Origin: Epiperipatus broadwayi
Lineage: Eukaryota; Animalia; Onychophora
Assembly (NCBI GenBank): GCA_028023455.1
Contig: JAQFVV010000004.1
Span: 23,808,001-23,872,000 of the forward strand
Direction of reading: 5' to 3'
Length of the DNA stretch: 64,000 nt
Shown piece after piece: positions 1 through 11,350 of this stretch; the stretch's first letter is position 1, and each line of letters begins with the position of its first letter. A model generated the notes under the pieces. The model worked only from the letters and a program-made list of their open reading frames with translations. It made no database searches and was not told the origin of the DNA. The position numbers and the translations under genes are program-made.

Positions 1-426
1 TATAACATGACAATTTATTGTTTAAAGAAATAATATTTTTTTAAAAATAAATCTTTTTGAATAGCATTATGGAATTCTACACAGACATATCTATTGTTAG
101 AGTGCAGCAAAACTTGGTATAAAATGTTCCATAATTATTTTCCAGTAAGAATTGCAGTAAATACTTCTAGTAAAAACTTAGAAAACTCACTTTCTGCATT
201 TGTAACTGTAATAATGAGCATCTTAGCACTATGAAACTTTTTAAAAGATTTAAGCAAAGCGAGGAGGTACAGGTAAATTATATTTGTTTGTATACTCTTG
301 ATATAGTTATTAATCAATAATCATATAGTCAGAATTGGATTCATTTATGAATAAAATTTCATTTACATCATTGTTTAGCTGATTAAACACATTATTTTCA
401 TTGGCTTGCAAACTCTCAATATTTAC

Positions 427-493
427 CTGAGGTCTCGGATTGTGAATTTGCATCGCATTCACGCAACTATTTATTTTCTTTCATTTTGAATTC
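427..493 (-). other. Candidate spliced exon, apparently non-coding or carrying a terminal stop
   Basis: Minus strand reads ctaac (branch point)-tctcttatag|GAATTC...CCTCAG|gtaaat. All three frames contain stops. Confidence 0.35.
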
Positions 494-696
494 CTATAAG
501 AGAGTTAGCATTTGGCAAGTCAGTTCTACTATTTTTACACTTATTTAACATATAATTATTATTTTTAGTAGTAAGTGATTTGCAAAGTCTAGGGTTAGAT
601 TTAGATGAATTATTTAAATTAATACTACTACGTTACTATTACATTAAGCTGGAAAATCTTTCATGTTATTAATATCACTTGCAAATGAATTAGAAA

Positions 697-972
697 TCAA
701 ATTTTTTTTACTGCATCCGATGATTTCTCTCTATTAGCTGAAAACTTGGCCTTAGTAGTGTGTAAGTGAGGGTAATCAACAGAATGTAATGGTAATGCAG
801 ATGCTTCACCATCATTTGAAAGTGAAAAAATTGAATCATCCACAATGGTTGATCTGTCAGAACTACTCATAGTCATTACAAATGAAGAAAAATGTCTTTG
901 CAGATATTTATTTGTCATTTCAGAGTTTATTAGAAAGTGGGGAGTTTCCAGTTCAATCATTAACAGATCAAA
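697..972 (-). CDS. Candidate terminal coding exon of an unidentified gene (FDLLMIELETPHFLINSEM...DAVKKI*)
   Basis: Acceptor ttgttag| in phase 0 and 92 codons including the stop, with protein-like composition in 75% AT DNA. It is in frame with the candidate exon at 2192-2277. No family recognised. Confidence 0.4.
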   Translation of the reverse strand, partial: FDLLMIELETPHFLINSEMTNKYLQRHFSSFVMTMSSSDRSTIVDDSIFSLSNDGEASALPLHSVDYPHLHTTKAKFSANREKSSDAVKKI

Positions 973-1099
973 CTAACAAACTCCAAGCTTCTTTAACAAA
1001 AAAAAACACACACACATCTTAATACAGGATCAGAAACATAAACAACTTAATCAAATGGGCAACATCTAGTAACACAACCATGATGTTTTACATTTATAA

Positions 1100-1870
1100 G
1101 AACACTTTTATTCTCTTTTACAGCTTTCTTTGCCAATTTACAATTATATTTTTTTATATCATTATTAAACCTCTTTTTGCATCACTTCATAAAAGTTCAG
1201 ATATTTAATACTACTTAAAGAATCATTTTTAAAATTTTGATATTTCTTCTTTTTCTTCATACATTGTGTTCACTCAGTAAAAAATTTACTACTAAATTGA
1301 TGCTTTTTTGTACCATATATCTTTCTAACAGTTCTTAATAAAATATCACCTATAATTCTTATTGATTTCATTCAAGTCAATATCATTTTTAAAGTCTGTT
1401 AATGTTTTAAAATGATTGGAAAATTCTAATTTAGATGTATATTGGACTATTTCTGAAGGTTAGGGATATCAACTGTTAATGTTACTTAAATACTTTTTGT
1501 CTAATTAGCTTTACATTAATATAAATCTTATTTTCATTGATTGATAATCACTTTCTGTTTGAGTATATTAAGAATATTACAATCTTGAAATATTTATTTT
1601 CTGTTAGTCAAAGTTTGATTGTTTCTATGTCCATTTCCATTAAAAATTATTATTAAAGATATAATTCATAATATATATACTGCAAACTCCACACACCTAT
1701 ATCCTCTATCATTTCTATCAATATAACCACCACAATAAGAACTTGGTGGAGCATAAACATTGAATTATCTGCATTTGATATTTTCCATCTGGCCATTCTG
1801 TTTGATATGCCATCAGCCTCTACAATGTTGTTTCTATTGCTTTATTTATTCACTCCATGTGTCCTGTAAA
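1100..1870 (-). mobile_element. Degenerate RTE-type LINE fragment (endonuclease and linker)
   Basis: FNVYAPPS at ~1739-1765 followed by RNDRGYRCVEFA. 1262-1380 aligns by eye with 37850-37930 of the RTE copy. Confidence 0.55.
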
Positions 1871-2191
1871 TATTTGTGAATCCAAAGTTTATATTTTCAT
1901 ATGTATTAAATTACTTGAATCAAAGTTATTGACTAATTTTTTTATACTGGCTGTAAGTAATCCTTTAATGGTACGCAATGTTGTTAACCTCATATATTTT
2001 AAAGTTATGAAACACTTGGAAGACAAATACATTTGACTTAAATTACTCACTTCATTTTATTAATATGATTTCTTACCTACCATAAAATTCTTGAACATAT
2101 GAATAAAAATTTTAAAAAAGATAAATGACTCCTAAGATGCCTTTCATGCTAAATCAATAACTGTCATTTGAACCAGATACCAATATCTTAC

Positions 2192-2277
2192 ACAGATCGT
2201 CATCACTTGTTCCCTATTTGTTAATATCAATTCATTACCATTTGATGCAATCCATTTTATGTACTTTGTATAAAATG
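2192..2277 (-). CDS. Candidate internal exon (xA-FYTKYIKWIASNGNELILTNREQVMTIC)
   Basis: tataag|...TGT|gtaaga with an open frame. It ends in phase 0, matching the 697-972 exon. Confidence 0.35.
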
Positions 2278-4323
2278 CTTATATTTTGTATATATATAAA
2301 CATTATAAATAGTACAATTTTAAAAAAATACAATCGCAAGATTTTATCAAATTGTTTGAAACTTTCTGATAATGATAGTAAATAAAATAAATCTTGAATC
2401 TACATTTCCACATCCAATCTAGCTTTTCTCATTATATATTTGGTACACAAGTTGAGTAACTACAATGATCTTATGAAACCCTTTTTAACTCAGTTTGATA
2501 ATGTGAATCCATTCCGTTTGGCTTTTATTGGAAACACTTCAGTTAAATTAAAACAATTGACCTTTATACCATATCAATAACGCTTCACGACATGTATATA
2601 TATTTTGAGAGTAAAAGATATCTGGGAAGGGGCAATGATAAGTAAATTAAAAATAAAGAATGACTAAAAGATTCTTTAAAATCGTTAATTAAAACAAGTC
2701 AAGCCAATAAATTTGGAAAAAAAAAATCTAAAAAGTATTTTTACGCTATTTGTACCCCCCCCCCCGCGCCAGTAACACACACGCAATCATTTTAAATTCA
2801 AATAATAAGTAAGACGCTGTATAAAAAAAGTATTAAAAATAAAATGAAATCATATTAGATGTAGAATAAGAGATTCATTGAATTAAACATAATTAAATGT
2901 TAATACCATGCCAACGATGTGTTAATGCTATTCCAGGCATTAACACAAACATTATATTTTTACTTTTAAATCATCATTTTAAATTTTAAAAAAAAAACAA
3001 CAACTATTTTAAATGAAAATATTGTATAAAAACAAATAAAAAATAAAATAAAAACAAAATATACGTTATGCTAAATTATATAAATAGTTTGTATATTAAA
3101 ATAGTTTTTTTATTTTTTCCAAAGATACTTTTTCATATAAATAATAGTATTAAAATAAACAAATAATCGAATGCGAAGCTTAAGATGCATTTATGGATCT
3201 TGAACTGTATGTAGTTTTTTGGCACCCTGTTGGGGGGGGGGGGAGGGTGTTTGAAGTGTCAATTCTAAAATTCGAATTGTGGTAATTCTAATCTCAAAAT
3301 TCTGATAAGATACATGATCTCCCAGAAAATTAAGAAGGAATTAATAAATAATTTATAAAACTAAGATAATACATTTAAAATCAGCCTTTCCAAGCTATTG
3401 TGCATGCGCTTTTTTACGAGTGTTAATAATAAATGAATACTTTCACTCCCAACACGAGATATAGTATTTAAGAAAGAATAAAATGAATCCACTTATTCTT
3501 TCCAACCCAAATGCTTATATATGGGCAAATCTTAAGTACTGGAAGTGAAAGCGTGAGGATAGACCACTCACTTTAAATTACTGTTTATGATATCTGAATG
3601 AGTGATGCAATGATAAATCAATGAGATGCTTTATTTTGCTAAAATGTTTGCTATTATCATTATTAAATAAGTTATTTCAAAAAATTATCAATGAATTTTT
3701 TATATAGATTTCAATAAGACACCTAAAATTATTAATTATATCCATAAAATTTTTCTTTAAACTATCAATTCTATTTTTTTGCCGTTGAAGAATACTTCAA
3801 TATAATTTTTTTTTGCAGAACATTAAAATCAATAACCATAGATACATAAAACAATTCACCTATAAACTTAACAATAAAAATATTATAGCAAAATATTTTT
3901 ATTGAAATTTATAGATCACAGAGGCATAGTAATCCATTTTGCATTATTATGATAGTAAATAATTATTTATAATACATTTAAACTAATAATTAAAATATTA
4001 AAAAAAATGAAGATAGTAATTATTAAAGTAATCAGATTTAAAAAATAATAGATTTAGGTTTGATATGTTACTATTTAACCATCATGAAACTTTGATCCAT
4101 TATTCTTCAAGAAAATGAACAAAAATAATAATCATGAAAATTTATATATAAAAACAATCTAATGATTATTATTCACTGAGTCACATACAAAGTAGGCTTA
4201 ACTGTTAGCTTTAAGTATAACTCAGATTTTATAATTCATAATATTCCACACCTATCATTTGCAAAATGTGTAGGCACATATAATTTAGTATTACAATATA
4301 AATACTGCTTAAAAATAAGGGTT

Positions 4324-4425
4324 GTCTTGCATTGGTGGTAGAGAAGTCAGCGCAACTGCCTTGCACTTGCAGGCAGTTGCCCGGGTTGCGGGTTCGCGTC
4401 CCGGCCGATGCTATGACACTTAAAA
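4324..4425 (+). mobile_element. tRNA-Gly-derived mini-SINE, copy 1
   Basis: gcattggtgg...ggttcgcgtcccggccgatgc (A and B boxes), A tail, 13-bp TSD aaaaataagggtt (4311-4323 / 4426-4438). Confidence 0.85.
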
Positions 4426-5399
4426 AAAAATAAGGGTTAATATTAAAAACAGTAATAAGATATTTTCATGTTGCAAATCAATTATATTTATGTTCATAGC
4501 AATCTCAATTTTAATTTTTGCAAGTAGCAAAACCTAAGTAAAAAAAATCTTCAAAAATATGCTTCAAAATCAATTTTTTTTAAAGAAAATTTTAACTATT
4601 TGCTGACTGATGTTTATTTGTTTTATGCAAACCTTAAACTTTCAATTCAAAAGATGATCTTTCAAACACTTTACAATCAATTTTCACTATGCTGTAAGCA
4701 TAAGCAATGTAATGTCATATAGCTAATGTTTAAACACTTTTGTTTTCCTTTAACTCTTTCTACATTTTTATAAAGTTTGGCACAAATTCAAGTTCACTGC
4801 CATCTCAATTTTATTTAATAAAATAAATAATGTCCTATAACAATAACAGGAATAACTACAATGAATCAGGACAATAAATGAAACTATGATGCATATAAGA
4901 AGGCACAAAAGCAGTTGTAATTAATTAAAATCCAAAAGTAATATAACCATTGATGATGAATCCCAATTGTCAAGAATAGTACCAGAAAGTCTTCATTTAA
5001 TCCAATAAAAAAAAAAGATGAACACAGAATAGCATGGTGTTTAAAGTTTTAAAACTATCAATGTGGAAAAATGCTGTAATAGGATCACAATTTGTCAATA
5101 ATTGTTGCTGAAATTTGTCATAATGCTACTGATTATTTAAAAGAAGTTCACAAAAGAGAAGTATTCTAATAATACTTAAAAAAAAAAAAACTGTTCTATA
5201 TATTATAACAGTAAATGTAATTAAAATATACTTGTGCAGATTTATTTCACACAGTTATGAAAAAAAAAAAGGTAGATAAAAGTAAAAAATATTACATATT
5301 AATATAATATTAGAAATGTTGATATTAACTTATTATAAACAGCAACAATAATAATAAAGCAAATTTATAACATTATAATAACAGGAATAAAAGAAAATC

Positions 5400-5950
5400 A
5401 CAGGACATCAAAAAAAAAATAATTTCAATAAATGCAAAAGCTTGGACCTAAAAACTTATGTGATGGTTACAGAAGATAAGAAATGCTAGTGATGAAAAAC
5501 TAAATTTAGATTTCAAGATAAATGTTATCAAAAACACGAGGATTTAGAAATATCATAGAAAAAAACCCAAAGCATACTCTATTATTTACGGACAGAGCAA
5601 AATTATGGAGTACAACTAAATAGTAAATGAAGAAAATGCTGAAAGATATAAACCAAGCTGAGAAATGAGTATTGGTTATTTTTATTAGAAAATGAAGATT
5701 CCATAATAATCAGAATTCATTAGATAAGTATTGATTTATAAATCAGAAAAAAAAGACAATCACAATATAATGAAGTTTTTTACTATTGTAGTTGGAGAAA
5801 TCACACAGAAACTAAGTTTATCTTTTATCTTTTTACTTTAAATAAATATTTGATAATTGTTTCTGCAATATGTTCACAATAATGATCACCAATTCAATCT
5901 TTGGCTTAATGGTCAATACAAACTGTATAGAATATTGATTTATTAATGAC
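5400..5950 (+). mobile_element. Possible highly decayed LINE RNase H region
   Basis: FTDRAK (resembles YTDGSK) at ~5587 followed by QAE. Many stops. Confidence 0.3.
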
Positions 5951-7204
5951 AATTTATTAAAAACGGATGACTTTAAAAATATTATAAAATATTTATTAAA
6001 ACAAAAATCAAAGAATCACAAGAAAGAATATAAATAAATATTATTATCATTATCTTTAACTACATAAATTTAAAGCTTCTATTTTCTGAGCACTTTCAAA
6101 TCAAAAAATATGATACTACAAAAATATGATTCTAATAATGTGTTTGTTCATATACTAGATGAAATCTTACAGCACATATTAATTCTCAGCTAAAGGAACA
6201 ATATATAACCAAAAAAATTGGAAATCTATGCTAAAGGCTAATTTTTTAATATAAATAAAAACAATAAATATATGGGGGCAACTTTTTATGTTACTGAATT
6301 TACCAGAGAAATTAAAAGCAAGTGCTCTAATATTTTATAAAAATGTTAATTTACCTTTTAAAATTGTGTGAAATTTACAACTTCATATAATATCCAAAAA
6401 CAAAATAGTATAGAAAGAAGATAATTTTGTTTTCTGCTTAATTTAAATACAAATTTTTTATAAGTAGATAATAAATTTAAATTTATTTATTTTTTATTAA
6501 ATTAACTTTTCACACCACTACATTGCACTGGGTAATTAAATATTTTCTATTATAATTATAGGTAAAAATTTGAGTGACTGTTATTTTTGTAAATTTCACA
6601 AATCCATGAAGGGAGGTTAAACCAAGAATTTTAGAATAATAAGATAAGATCTGTATTAATTTTTAAATGCTGATAAAAAATAGACTCAAATAACTTTAAT
6701 TTTCAAGTGTGCAGCACAATAAGTTTTCATTGTCCTATAACACTTTTCAAGTAGCAATCAAGTTTTAATATTTTTTCTATTTATAAATAATTATTATGAT
6801 AAATGTATTTATACCAATTTTCATTACTCATTTAAAAATTTAATGCTAGTTTTAAAAAACAAAGAATATAAAGATACAAAAAAAAGCACAAGAAAAATAG
6901 TAAATAACTTTCCAAAATAATTGTTGTTACCATATCTTTACATTTTTCAAAAATTTTTCTTTATTTTGCAATTATATATTATATATCTATTTTTCTTGAA
7001 GTCATTCAACATTTAAATGAACTTCAAACTCTTTTATAATAATTTCTAAATATATATACAGTTTTTTGTTCCAAATTTATGTTTCAGGAATCACGATATT
7101 TTTTTAAAACAGCAACTTCATATCCTATTGACATTCTAAAGTATAATAAACCAGAAATTCCCAATAGCTAACTGGTTTCCAAATATATTTCACAGCATTC
7201 TAGT

Positions 7205-7333
7205 CAAAGCTTAATAAACCAACAGAATATCCACAATCTGTTGTCAAGGCAACATCTGCAGAAATTCATTTTTTATCTACAGAGCCTACCTTGACAACAA
7301 ATTGTGGATATTCTATCAGTTTATTAAGCTTTG
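7205..7333. repeat. Foldback/MITE-like inverted repeat
   Basis: ~45-bp arms caaagcttaataaac...ttgtcaagg (7205-7249) and ccttgacaac...ttattaagctttg (7289-7333), with few mismatches. Confidence 0.75.
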
Positions 7334-7499
7334 GTTATTATATATATAATAGCAGTGGTGCGCAGTACATGTATGCAAGAGAAGCATAGCTTCCATTTAA
7401 TGATGATATTTTTTAACTAAAAAAAAAAGCCAAAGTTAAGCATTCACATATTAAAATTATAAAAATAAGCAAATCAAGCATTTTCTTATTTTAGTTAAT

Positions 7500-8110
7500 A
7501 TCCCTTGTTATCCTTTTCATTATTGTTTGTAATAAAAACCCTTCATTTGTTTCTTACACAATTTCAAGACTCCTCATCAATAATATTCTATCCCATTGAC
7601 AGGTCCAGAGAGTATTCACATCACCTATTCATTCATTTTGAACTTTTCTCTTCATTGTCCAACTCTTCACTTCCACTTAACTCATTCCATCTCTTATATC
7701 ATCCAACACTGTTAATCTTTTCTGATCTTTCTTCTTGTTTCTATTCACCATTCCCTTCAAAACATCTTTCATTAAATTATGCTTTCTTCTTAATATATGT
7801 CCAGTCCAGTTTCTCTTACCATTTCTAATTTACTCAATCAATCTTCTTTTTTTCATTTACTCTTTTCAAAACTTCTTCATTTGTTATTTTATTCATCCGA
7901 TTTTTCCACTCTTCTCCATGACTACATCTCATAAACTTACAATCTGTTCGTAATTTTATTACTCATTGTCCACATATCACAACCATACAATATATAATAC
8001 ACTCCACACATATAATTTAATTAATCTTTTCATTAAATCTCTCTTTAAAGTTCTACAAAATATTTTTTTTTCTTAATAAATGCCTCCTTTGCTAAAAACT
8101 GCATGAAAGA
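7500..8110 (-). mobile_element. RTE-type LINE 3' fragment
   Basis: LYGCDMWT (7967-7990) and NWTGHILR (7788-7811), typical C-terminal RTE motifs. Similar to 36540-36560. Confidence 0.65.
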
Positions 8111-8899
8111 ATTGATAGTAGGAAAAAAAAATCTACAATGTAATTTGTGTGCCTAATTACATGAAAAAAGTCATTCTAAAAAAAACCTTTCAAATGTTAT
8201 TTTTTTAGAAATTTGTACTAATTTAAAAAGAAATATCATATGCTTATTGAAACAATATCAGTAGATCAAGACATAGAAGGTCTGGCTCCAATATGTTTTA
8301 AAAAAGCTATTCTAATTAAGTAACTATGGCTCGGGCTGATTTGGTCTGGTAACATTTTCTTGTACTATCATATCTTTGTCTCATGAAAGCAACTGGTTCA
8401 TTTAAAGTCATATTGTATTAAGAATTCATGTCACTGTTTGGCATTATCAGGTGACATTTCAGAGGTACTAGTAGTAGTTTGTGCTTTTTTTCTTTCTTGC
8501 AGAAACATTCATCAAATTACAGTCATAAATATTACAGTATTAAGTTATTCCAGTGATCACATGACAATAGTTTAAAAATATTTGTAGCTGCTTATGAATC
8601 TTTTCTTATGTTCTCAAATAAATTTTCTATTGTTATTCAAGTAGTATTAAAATATTTTATTAAAATTAACATTAATATACAAACAATATTCCAATCTGCT
8701 CTTTACTTCATATTGTGTGTATTTTTATGATGCTATATATATTTTAGATTCATTGTAATTTCAAAATTGAACAAATTTATTAATAAATACTGCATAATGA
8801 CAAAAAGCTTAAAATCAAAAATGATAAATTCATCAATGTGCAAAGGGTCATAGTTTTATTCTGCAAAACTTTAATATATTGATATATGAGCCACATGAC

Positions 8900-10430
8900 A
8901 AGGAATGAAAGATTAAGGAATCATATTTAATTAAAAAGTCCCAAGATACAATTAATGCAAAATAAATTAGTTTTCAGATTGGTGATGTCTGATTGTTAAA
9001 GTGAGTTTTTAAGTTTGTAAGTAGTCCTTGTTTTACAGAGTTTGCCTTGATAAGAATACGTTAATGTTGAAAGCACTTGGCAATTATTTTAATGGTATAT
9101 ATTAATAATATTATCTCTACTAAATAACAACAGAAGTGTTGGTTTTTATAAATTTAAATAGAAAAATTTAAACGTTCATTCTTCATTTCAGTACTAGTTA
9201 TTATGACACATTACCCTGGTTAGAGCAGGATATGAAAAAAAATATTTTGTTGGCTACGATTTATTTTTTCTAATAAAAAAAAACCTCATGAAATTCAGGC
9301 TGTTTTTTGTTAAGAATTCAAAAAAGACATGAAACATCATTAAATCATCTAAAAACACAATTTCATTTAAAACATTTGGTTTAGTTCATATTGATAATGC
9401 TATAAATATGAAAACAATTCAAAATGAAAAAGTTAAAGAAATAGAGATATATTGGTATGTTTAATTAAGAGAATGTGTCATTTGGAAATATATTTATTAG
9501 CATTTTGTAACCATGGTAATAACTATTCTTGTAATTGAGACAATTAGACTAATACTATACATTTGATATAAACTATTGCCATATTATTTTCTAAGTGAAT
9601 ATAGAATGATTTAATAGGTTTTGTTGGAAATATTCTTCTTATTTATATTTATAATGAAATAATAAATGCTTTAGCAGTTGCAATATCATTTGATAAAACT
9701 ACTGATTATAGGAATATTTCTCAATTATCACTGTAATTAGGTATTATTTTAATAGAAAAGTTCATGAACAATTTATAGAATTTATATATATTAACCATAA
9801 GTGAACATCATCGCTTTACTTTAAAAAAAAAAAAACATGACTGTAAAGAAAATGTAATTGCATTAACCAATTATTGTACAGCTGTAATATCTGGAATTTG
9901 ACAGAACTTCAAACAAAGACAAAGCAATAATGTCCAGAAGATCTTTTTGATTGTCACTGAGCTCATAGATTAAAGTGTGTTCTGTCTCAGACTCTTGAAA
10001 AATCACAAATCAAAGAAAATAATTAATGGGTTAGCATCCTTTTTTAGTATTTCTACAAAATAAAAAAGCTAAAAGATTTCCATCTGTAAATGGAATAAAG
10101 TGGGCATATATTGGATGAATTATGGAAATGCATTTCCAATGCTGAAAATATTTAATATCAATGTTTGAAACAATTTTAGTAAATCTTGACAAATGAAATA
10201 AAAGACATTTAACATGTCATATTATTACTTAAAAAATAATTATGTGTAAATATCAGTTTGAAAAGTACAGTTGAGTCAAACAAAACATCTTTGTATATTA
10301 TATTAAAAAAAAATTACAGTTGAAAATGTGATTTGGAAAACAATTACAAAAGGATACTGGTTTAGAATGTGCTCTCTGCCATTTTGATTTCTAAGAGGAA
10401 CCCCCAAACCTCCACTGAAACAACCATGTA
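8900..10430 (+). mobile_element. Decayed hAT transposase remnant
   Basis: FDKTTDYRNISQLS (~9689-9730; resembles DETTD..SQLS) and H*AHRLKCVL (~9955-9985; resembles HCxAHRLNLVL). Boundaries approximate. Confidence 0.55.
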
Positions 10431-10559
10431 CTAAATAAAATCAGATAATACCATGCATTATTAAAGAAAGTGTTCAATTTATTTTATCCATTAAAATTTA
10501 AAAATCAAAATTTCCAACAAAAATTAAAAAATAAACATGAAAATTTCATTGAACTAAGT

Positions 10560-10728
10560 TCAATAATCACATGATTACCATCTCTTATACTAGCACATAA
10601 TTGTTATTAAACAAGGCAAAACTCTCCATACAGTAGTGCTACCCTGTGCTAACTAGAGTAATCAATGGATGCCAGAAGGCTTGTACATAAAATCCCTATC
10701 TAGTGCCTACTCATCCAGGCACTAGATG
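10560..10728 (-). mobile_element. Family A (hammerhead-bearing, Penelope-like) 3' stub with a short inverted piece
   Basis: Matches the family A 3' region (aaggcaaaactctccatacagtagtg..., aaatccctatctagtgcctactcatcc), then flips to aggcactagat. Confidence 0.8.
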
Positions 10729-10739
10729 CTTAAGAACAT

Positions 10740-11350
10740 TTCTTCTTGTATTAGTTTATGCAATTTTTCTTTCAGCTACCATTCTTACATTAACTCGAGC
10801 ACGTGGTTACTGCTATATTGTAAAAGTAAAATGTGTTAGTTTATACACAATAAATTGGAACTTTTTTAATGTGGATTTATTCTATTTCTTTGGTTAATTA
10901 TAATGTTAGAATATTTTAAGGCATAAGCACATTAATTCTTGTGATACAGCATGAAATTTTTCTTTCGGCTGCCATTTTTACTGTAACATAAGCACATGAT
11001 TACTATTCTATTTTAAAAGTAAAATGTGTTAGTCTGTATACAATAAATTGCAACTTTTGGGGGGATTTATTGTTTTATTTTTTTGTTTAATTATAATATT
11101 AGAATATTTTAACTTAAGCACCCTTCTTCTTGTATTAATTATGCAAATTTTCTTTTGGCTGCCAGTTTTATGTCAAGCCAACCACAACCATTATATTTTA
11201 GAAGTAAAATGCATAAGATTACACACAATAAATTGAAACTTTTTTATGTGGTTTTATTGTAATTTAGGGGAATTAATAATATCATAATATTTTAGCTTAA
11301 GCACGTCCTTTTGGCTGTATGTTTACCACTATATTATAAAAGTAAAATAG
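10740..11350. repeat. Degenerate ~190-bp tandem array, about 3.3 units
   Basis: aagtaaaatg...acaataaattg...agaatatttta...taagcac recurs at ~10823, 11016, 11201 and partially at 11338. Confidence 0.75.

Noticed and set aside
7505-7953. ORFs 7505-7828 and 7735-7953 (+)
   Set aside because: They are the antisense of an RTE 3' fragment and low-complexity F/L/S-rich.
10740-11350. CRISPR-like array
   Set aside because: Eukaryotic context, whole ~190-bp units are homologous, there are no unique spacers and no cas genes.
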